Shown here piece by piece: positions 57,671 through 64,000 of a stretch of DNA of 64,000 bases. Each line of letters opens with the position of its first letter. The stretch's first letter is position 1. Source of the stretch: an uncultured virus (IMG/VR IMGVR_UViG_3300009194_000004) (Duplodnaviria > Heunggongvirae > Uroviricota > Caudoviricetes); the IMG/VR virus record IMGVR_UViG_3300009194_000004, positions 62,001-126,000 of that record; one strand, given 5' to 3'. The notes beneath the pieces were generated by a model. The model was not told the origin of the DNA. It worked only from the letters and a program-made list of their open reading frames with translations, and searched no databases. The translations under genes and the position numbers were made by a program.

Positions 57671-60160
57671 TCAGGCTATGGTTACGTGTTGGTTGTAGGT
57701 TTGTGGGACGGTGATGTTGTTGGGGTCCAAGACACAGATCTCGGCTTGGTTGAACGCCCCGTGTACGGATGAGAAGTGGGAGATGTAGAAGATCTGGTTG
57801 ACCTGACCCAACTCCATCATGCGGTTCAAGAACGGAATCAGGTTCTGACGGTGTTGCTCGTCAAAGGTACTGCCAAACTCATCCAGGTACAACGGGTAGT
57901 GGGAGATGTTCAAGAACTTCATCACCAGCAGTTTGAACGCGAAGTTCACGATGTCCCGTTGGGAACTGGAACCCAAAGCGATGTCTGGGGCCGTGACCGA
58001 CCCGTTGTTAACGTCCAGTGGGAACTTGTACGTCAGTTCGTCTTTTTCCATCGGGGACGGCATGACTTTCATTGGGTACGTCCAAATCTCATCACTGACG
58101 CTGTTGATGAGTTTCACCACCACCTGCATGAACCCCATTAAGTAACGACCAATCAACCCGTCGGTGGGGCCGAGGGCCTTCACCAAGGCCTGATACTCTT
58201 TTTGGGCCGTGACGCTCTGGTCGTGTTGGGTTTGTATCTCACGCAGCACCCCTTCACGGACTTCCATCCGCGATAGCGACTCTTGTTCCTGAGCCAGCTG
58301 TATTTGCAAGTGACGGGTCTCTTCGGAAATGGCGTCCTGATACAGCGACTCCCGGTGCGTGTCCATGTCTTTAAAGAACGCTTCCAAATCCGCAATGGTG
58401 CTTTCCATGGCTTCTTTGAACCGAACCCGGTTGCGTTTGTGCGCGTCCAGTTCTTGAATTTCACGACCCAGTGTGCGTAACCGTTGGGTGGTGTTCTCGA
58501 TCTCCTGTTCCAGTTGCTTACGGTGACGGTCGGTGCGGGTCAAAGCGTCCCGATCAATGGCATCCACGTAACGCAAGCGGTGTTCGATCACCTCCACTTC
58601 TTGTTTGAGTTCGTTGAGTTTGTTCAGGTTCTGCATGGCGTTGTTCCAGGACAACGCGTCGTTGAGATAATCCTTGGGCTGGCGGAACATGATTTTGTGC
58701 TCAACACACACGTCCCAAACCGGCGCAAACCGTTGGTTTTCATTCACCAACTTCCGGAACGCCCGAACGTACGTCATGTACTCCTCGAACTTCTCTAGGT
58801 ACTCCTTGAGGTGTTCCATCTCCTTTTCAATCGCCGCAATGCGGGGACCACGTTCATCAATGGCTTGTTGGATGGCTTTGACTTCGGTTGGGTTCACCCC
58901 CGGTTGGAAGTCGTGTTCACAGTTCGGGCAATGAACCGTCTCACACCCTTTGAGTCGTGACAACCGCCGCGCATCAGTGTTCTGATCGTTGTCCAAGGCC
59001 AGATGGGTTTTCTCCAAGTGCCGGTACCGCTCGTGGGCCTCTTTACCTTTCGCACTACTGAAACGCTCGTCGGCGTTGTTCGGGATAGTCTGAATCAAGT
59101 TGACCCATTCGTCGAATACTTGTGCCAACGTCTCATGCGGACGACGGTCTTGGGGAATGTCCACCAGCGGGAAGATGCCTTGATAGTGATCCACGGCTTG
59201 TTTGGGTTCGAGCATCTGTTGGCTCAGTGACTTGACCTGTTGGCGCAGATCGTTGATTTGGGTCTCACTGAGTTCCGTGTCACGACTGGGAGCTTGTTCG
59301 TTGAGCTTCTGAAACTCCTCGGTCATGCGTTCCAACAACGTTTGCTGGCGACGGTACTCCTCGTTCTGTTCCGCACAGTACGCCTCAAACGCCGTTTCGT
59401 CTTCCAGTCCCGGAATGGCGTCCGGCAGCTGATAACGCAGTAGTTTCTCTGCCCGATCTGTCAGTGTCTTCAGATGATCACCCACCTCCCGTTCGTCCCG
59501 GTAATTCGATTGCACTCCGGCCTTGCGCTCTTCAAACAGCCGATCGAGTTTGGCGGTGAGTTCTTTGATGCGGGTTCGGTGATGACTCAAAACGTTGTCA
59601 TCCGGTAGATCGTGATTCTCCTGACCCATACGCTTGGTCAGATGCTTCACCACGCCCTGCTGGTCTCGATGGGCCGTCTTGGCTTTATGGAACACGTTAA
59701 AGGCAAACCCCAAATCCACCGGCGCCAGACGGGTGAGCCACTCCCGACGTTTGGCCGTGCTCAGGGAGGTAAACGGGGTGATGCCCACCAAGAGGTTATG
59801 GATCTCTCGGTTAAGACCGAACTCGTCCCACACCAGCTCCTTCTGAACCGCAAAGGTGTTGCCCTTGTTCAACTCCTCACCGTTCTTGACGAAGGAGTGA
59901 TGGCCCGACCCGCCAGTGTACTCAGACACCAGTTCGTAATTGTCGTTCAAGTTACGCAGTCGCACTTCTTTACGACCACCTTTCGCAAACCCACTGTGGT
60001 GTGCAGGGAGCGGGGTAAGTTCTTCCAGGACCGACGACTTGCCCGAACCGTTACTGCCGATCAACAACTGCAGGTCCTGTTTCGGTCGGAACTCAAAACG
60101 TTGAATGTTCGACAACATCAAACGCTTGTACTTTTCCAACAGCAAATAAGTAATGCGCAT
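57671..60160 (-). CDS. sbcC: SbcC/Rad50-like ATPase
   Basis: Walker A GSNGSGKSS, coiled coils, zinc hook CPNC, Walker B LYLDEFG, ISH switch. Confidence 0.88.
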   Translation of the reverse strand: MRITYLLLEKYKRLMLSNIQRFEFRPKQDLQLLIGSNGSGKSSVLEELTPLPAHHSGFAKGGRKEVRLRNLNDNYELVSEYTGGSGHHSFVKNGEELNKGNTFAVQKELVWDEFGLNREIHNLLVGITPFTSLSTAKRREWLTRLAPVDLGFAFNVFHKAKTAHRDQQGVVKHLTKRMGQENHDLPDDNVLSHHRTRIKELTAKLDRLFEERKAGVQSNYRDEREVGDHLKTLTDRAEKLLRYQLPDAIPGLEDETAFEAYCAEQNEEYRRQQTLLERMTEEFQKLNEQAPSRDTELSETQINDLRQQVKSLSQQMLEPKQAVDHYQGIFPLVDIPQDRRPHETLAQVFDEWVNLIQTIPNNADERFSSAKGKEAHERYRHLEKTHLALDNDQNTDARRLSRLKGCETVHCPNCEHDFQPGVNPTEVKAIQQAIDERGPRIAAIEKEMEHLKEYLEKFEEYMTYVRAFRKLVNENQRFAPVWDVCVEHKIMFRQPKDYLNDALSWNNAMQNLNKLNELKQEVEVIEHRLRYVDAIDRDALTRTDRHRKQLEQEIENTTQRLRTLGREIQELDAHKRNRVRFKEAMESTIADLEAFFKDMDTHRESLYQDAISEETRHLQIQLAQEQESLSRMEVREGVLREIQTQHDQSVTAQKEYQALVKALGPTDGLIGRYLMGFMQVVVKLINSVSDEIWTYPMKVMPSPMEKDELTYKFPLDVNNGSVTAPDIALGSSSQRDIVNFAFKLLVMKFLNISHYPLYLDEFGSTFDEQHRQNLIPFLNRMMELGQVNQIFYISHFSSVHGAFNQAEICVLDPNNITVPQTYNQHVTIA

Positions 60161-60234
60161 GTCGTTACTTTCTCTATTTTGGCGGTTAATCTCTATAGGA
60201 AAAGACCCCACAGTAGAAGTTCAGGAGACCTCTA

Positions 60235-61293
60235 ATGCAAATGAGTCAATTACGCCCGTACAGTATCGGCGTGGCTTCGGAAAACAAACCGCTCGACACA
60301 CGTCACTTGAATGTGACGCCCATTGAAATGTTGTCGGCCTTGGATGGGGAAATCAAGTTTGACCCTCAGGACGAGGTGGTTCGGGGTGTGGACAGTCGTG
60401 GGAACGAATACGAAATCAAGGTAACGATGGACAACTCCATCACTGCTGAATGGTACCCCGGGGCGTCCAATCGTGTCACACCGCCTGACATTCGCCGTGG
60501 CGAGCTGATCGAGATCTTTCGACTCGCTGATACGGATAAGTTTTATTGGCGTTGTATGGGCCTCAGAGACGATCTGAGGCGATTGGAAACCGTGATCTGG
60601 GCCTTCAATGGCACACCAAACGAAGGCGACAAAGGGATCAGTTACGAGACCTCCTATTTCTTTGAGGTGTCCACCCATAAGAAACTGATCACCATGAGCA
60701 CATCCCAAGCCAATGGGGAACCGTTCCGTTACACCTTCCAGTTCAATACCGGGGAAGGCAATGTCCTATTGACCGACGACGTTGGTAACCATGTACTGTT
60801 GGATAGTGCTAACACCAACATCCACCTAGAAAACATCGAAGGCACCATGGTGGAGTTGAACAAACAGGACATCAACTTTTACGCCCCCAACGACCTGAAC
60901 GGCCTGGTTGACAACAACGTCAATCTGAAGGTCGGGAACAACATGAACATTGACGTGGTCAAAGACATTAGCATCAAGGCGGGTAAAAACTACACGCTCA
61001 CCGCTGGGGTGGACATCACGACGAACGCTGGAAAGAACAGCACCCACAACGCTGGTATGAACTACAGTGTGACCGCCCAACAGATGGTGAACGTCCTGGC
61101 CATGAAAACCGCAACGGTCACGGGCAATGTCAGTGCGTCCTTAGTCAGTGGTGGGAATGGTCTAAACGTAACCCCCGCAGGGATCACCATGACAGGTGGC
61201 ACATCAACCATGGGTATGACACCGGCGGGCGTTCAGTTTGAGTCTCCGGCCATGAACATGAAGGTCGGTTCATTCGATGTAAAACAGGGGTAA
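60235..61293 (+). CDS. Baseplate central spike (gp5/VgrG-like; phiKZ gp164-like)
   Basis: OB-fold-like N-part, beta-helix repeats (NLKVGNNMNIDV, SIKAGKNYTLTAG); followed by a PAAR gene. Confidence 0.8.
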   Translation: MQMSQLRPYSIGVASENKPLDTRHLNVTPIEMLSALDGEIKFDPQDEVVRGVDSRGNEYEIKVTMDNSITAEWYPGASNRVTPPDIRRGELIEIFRLADTDKFYWRCMGLRDDLRRLETVIWAFNGTPNEGDKGISYETSYFFEVSTHKKLITMSTSQANGEPFRYTFQFNTGEGNVLLTDDVGNHVLLDSANTNIHLENIEGTMVELNKQDINFYAPNDLNGLVDNNVNLKVGNNMNIDVVKDISIKAGKNYTLTAGVDITTNAGKNSTHNAGMNYSVTAQQMVNVLAMKTATVTGNVSASLVSGGNGLNVTPAGITMTGGTSTMGMTPAGVQFESPAMNMKVGSFDVKQG

Positions 61294-61297
61294 CGCA

Positions 61298-61561
61298 ATG
61301 CCAGGTATCAGTTTAGTGGGTGTCGACGCCGCTGGCGGAACTATTAACGGTGGTGGTCAAAGTGTCATGACAGTAGACGGTGCACCCGTAGCAGTCGTGG
61401 GTGACGCGGTGGCCGGTCACGGTAAGTCCCCACACGCGGCGCCATCAATGACAGCGGGTTCCAGCATCATGCGCATCAACGGAATTCCTGTGTGTCGGGC
61501 AGGGGATTCGGCCAGCTGCGGACACGCCGCCAGTGGGCAATCGTGGTTCAATGTGGATTAA
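61298..61561 (+). CDS. PAAR-repeat spike tip protein
   Basis: DG.PVAVVGD..H...H; INGIPVCRAGD.ASCGH. Confidence 0.9.
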   Translation: MPGISLVGVDAAGGTINGGGQSVMTVDGAPVAVVGDAVAGHGKSPHAAPSMTAGSSIMRINGIPVCRAGDSASCGHAASGQSWFNVD

Positions 61562-61562
61562 G

Positions 61563-61598
61563 GACATAAAGGCGCCCCGAAGGGCGCCAATATGTCGT
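61563..61598. terminator. Bidirectional terminator / dispersed palindrome
   Basis: GACATAAAGGCGCCC-cgaa-GGGCGCCAATATGTCGT, between convergent genes. Confidence 0.8.
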
Positions 61599-61616
61599 CA
61601 TTTAAGGTAGAACCGA

Positions 61617-63872
61617 TTAGGCGGTTTCACCTTTTTCTTTTTCTTTTTCTTCTTTTACTGCATGCTGTTTGTGGGTTTTGATGAAATACTCCAAAGTTGA
61701 AGCGTACGCTTTTGCTGTGGAAGCAACGTAAGCATGGAAATCACCTGTCGGTTTGACGAAGTTTCGGACGAGTTCGTTGAGGGTACGAACCGGAAGGTTG
61801 GTTCCGGCGCCGACCAACAGCTCGCCAATAGAAGACGGACTCTTGCCGTTATTTTCATCCCTGACGATCTTGAACGTAACGTCGACCTTATCCGAAGACA
61901 TCTTTCTACGGATCTGCTCGTACTTGTCTTGAGCGTTTTTCGAGTCCTCAAGAACCTTGACAAGAGTTTCCATGGATTTAAGCATACCCTTGATTTCATC
62001 CATGGATGGCAGGTCAACCGCGTCCATTTCCGGATTTGTACCTGTATTTACAGGCACGAAATCGAAGTATGAGAACTTACTCAACGACGGGTTATTATTC
62101 CCCTTCACGAACGATTCGATACGCGTCTGGGGTTGTACCCACAAGACCAGCGCACGATCCCCTGGAAGGAGTGAGGAGCGTTTGATGCCCTCATAGCCCT
62201 TAACATGGTCGGGCAGATCCGATGCCTTTACATCCGTAGACCCAGGCAGTGGTTTAATGTGTTTCTGCGGGAGCATGAACAGTTCCCGAGCCGTCAGGTC
62301 CATAGTGGCTTTCAGGTCCTTTGACTTTGAGAAGTCGGTCGACATGATGTCGATGCCTTCTTTTATCATGCTCTCGTATTGGCGTGGGTATTGATTGAAC
62401 ATGTAATTAGACACGTCAATCATTGCCTTAATGGTCTCTGGTTTTGTGGGTCCGAATACCCCGGAAACCATCAAACGTTTACCGCCTTTAACATTTACCT
62501 TCTTACTGCCAGCTCCGGACTCAATGGACTCAACTTCTTTCTTAAGCTGATCCAGTTTCTTCTTGGTACCGGCGACGTCATCGTTGAATTTACCCCAAAT
62601 GTGCCGGAGTAGTTCAAACAGTTTTTCCATCGCCTTCTTGCCGGCAGCGATGGTGGCTTTGAAGCCCGACTGGACGCTTTCCAGAGACACCTGGGTTGCG
62701 TACTGACGCGAGCTGGTCTGACCGAACGCTTCATTGGAGGGAATCAGCTGATCGCCACTGAACGACTCGTCCATATGCTCAAGACCAATGCGGATGGACT
62801 CGGCGGTAATGGAATCAATACCATCGCCACGTTCCAGAGCTTTGGTGAGAAGTGAATGGTAGGCTTCCAGAGACTCGCTCACTTTATCAAAATGGGCACC
62901 GTCTTGAGCGACCTGGTTCATGTCCTCGACCATCTTCTCTTCCGGTGAGGTAATGCCCACATCCAGGGACTCGTCTTCTTCGGCGCTGACGGAAACATCA
63001 CCCTCGCCTTCACCGCTGGCTTCTTCGGTACCCTTGGTGTCGGCCGACACGTCTTCTTCCGGCTTGGGAACGTCGTGTTGCGGACCTTCTTTTACTCCAC
63101 CGGTAGTTTCGGCTTCGCCGGATTCGGTTTCTTCGGACACTGTCACCGGCTGATGTTCAACATCACCGTTTACTTCGGCGTCACCGGCGGTTTCTTCTTC
63201 CGGATCACCGGCTTCGGACTCCACGTCGTCAGCTTCAGAGACCGATTCTTCTTCGGCTTGGGCTTCAGCTTCCGCAGGAGCTTCTTCAGCGGGTCCTTCT
63301 TCGACCACCGGTGTCTTACCGGCTTCTTCCTCTTCACCGCCTTCTTCGGCGTCAGAGGCGGGTTCTTCGCCAGACTGCTCGTCCACTTCTTCTTTTACAG
63401 CTTCGGCATCGTCGGAAGAGGCTTCTTCTTCCTGCTCGCCATCATCAGAAGCTTCTTCCTCGCCAGCTTCCTCTTCTTCCTCACCGGCTTCGGATTCTTC
63501 GCCGTCTTCTTCCTCGTCCTTTTCTTCAGACTCTTCGTCTTTCTCGTCGGAGTCATCGTCGGAGGACTCTTCCTCTTCCTCACGCTCCTCTTCTTCGTCC
63601 TTTTCCTCTTCCTCCTCTTCTTCCTTGCTGTCCTCGGAGGAAACAGTCACTTTCTGGTGACCTTGGTCTTTGGTCGTATGTTTCGGAGCGTCGTCGGACG
63701 CCGCGTCGAGCTCCGCTACCGCCGGCTTGGCTGTATCCGCATCACCGCTCTGTTCATTGCTGGCGTCAGAGAAATCGTCTTTCGGGGTTTCGCCGTCCTG
63801 AACAACAACCTTCTGATCTTCGTTGTTGTCTTCGTTACTGGACGTCAGCCATTGCTTGATAAATCGAGACAT
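61617..63872 (-). CDS. Internal head protein with long acidic propeptide (phiKZ gp93/gp162-like)
   Basis: About 300 aa E/D-rich N-terminal region, multiple S-x-E sites (PSNEAF, VSLES), LLPGDR motif; GAGGAG RBS. Confidence 0.7.
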   Translation of the reverse strand: MSRFIKQWLTSSNEDNNEDQKVVVQDGETPKDDFSDASNEQSGDADTAKPAVAELDAASDDAPKHTTKDQGHQKVTVSSEDSKEEEEEEEKDEEEEREEEEESSDDDSDEKDEESEEKDEEEDGEESEAGEEEEEAGEEEASDDGEQEEEASSDDAEAVKEEVDEQSGEEPASDAEEGGEEEEAGKTPVVEEGPAEEAPAEAEAQAEEESVSEADDVESEAGDPEEETAGDAEVNGDVEHQPVTVSEETESGEAETTGGVKEGPQHDVPKPEEDVSADTKGTEEASGEGEGDVSVSAEEDESLDVGITSPEEKMVEDMNQVAQDGAHFDKVSESLEAYHSLLTKALERGDGIDSITAESIRIGLEHMDESFSGDQLIPSNEAFGQTSSRQYATQVSLESVQSGFKATIAAGKKAMEKLFELLRHIWGKFNDDVAGTKKKLDQLKKEVESIESGAGSKKVNVKGGKRLMVSGVFGPTKPETIKAMIDVSNYMFNQYPRQYESMIKEGIDIMSTDFSKSKDLKATMDLTARELFMLPQKHIKPLPGSTDVKASDLPDHVKGYEGIKRSSLLPGDRALVLWVQPQTRIESFVKGNNNPSLSKFSYFDFVPVNTGTNPEMDAVDLPSMDEIKGMLKSMETLVKVLEDSKNAQDKYEQIRRKMSSDKVDVTFKIVRDENNGKSPSSIGELLVGAGTNLPVRTLNELVRNFVKPTGDFHAYVASTAKAYASTLEYFIKTHKQHAVKEEKEKEKGETA

Positions 63873-64000
63873 TAGGATTACTCCTCATTGCTACGTAACA
63901 AATAGAGCTGTATGCTCCAAAGGAAATGCCCGGCCGGGGGCATGTATGATTCCAAAGCATTGGTTACTCTGGGATCAAATTATTGTCTTTTAGGATCTGT

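Noticed and set aside
63075..63875. Phe/Leu-rich + strand ORFs resembling membrane proteins (also 12918..13241 on the - strand)
   Set aside because: Reverse complement of GAA/GAG-rich acidic coding regions
1..64000. Genome-wide stop-codon reassignment
   Set aside because: Genes are intact under the standard code and end in TAA, TGA and TAG; only one in-frame TGA case was found
1..64000. tRNA/rRNA genes, integrases, transposases, introns or inteins
   Set aside because: None recognised by eye; the RNAP, SbcC and portal ORFs are uninterrupted. A tRNAscan/Infernal run would be needed to exclude them fully

Overview
This window is a segment of a jumbo phage genome resembling phiKZ/Chimalliviridae. 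That call comes from protein-family recognition and gene order; no database search was run. Genes from left to right: a probable non-virion RNA polymerase beta-like subunit, baseplate-like and portal-like genes, a macrodomain gene, about 14 paralogous virion proteins, collagen-like and Gly-rich tail fibres, a lysis module (peptidoglycan-binding DUF3380-type muramidase, overlapping i/o-spanins), RuvC, dUTPase, an SbcC-like ATPase, a central spike with PAAR tip, and an acidic internal head protein. The main candidate for a new system is an AT-richer, co-oriented 11.5 kb island (41.4-52.9 kb). It encodes five radical SAM enzymes with C-terminal Cys clusters, a 2OG-Fe(II) oxygenase, three tandem paralogs of unknown function, and a 180-aa putative substrate ending in CHSNCHSNCHGSRSRR, which suggests a phage-encoded RiPP-like or protein-modification system. 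Other candidates: a highly structured ~270-nt non-coding region at 170-450, dispersed palindromes sharing CATAAA...TTTATG arms, and a coupled ORF interrupted by one in-frame TGA at the end of the island.
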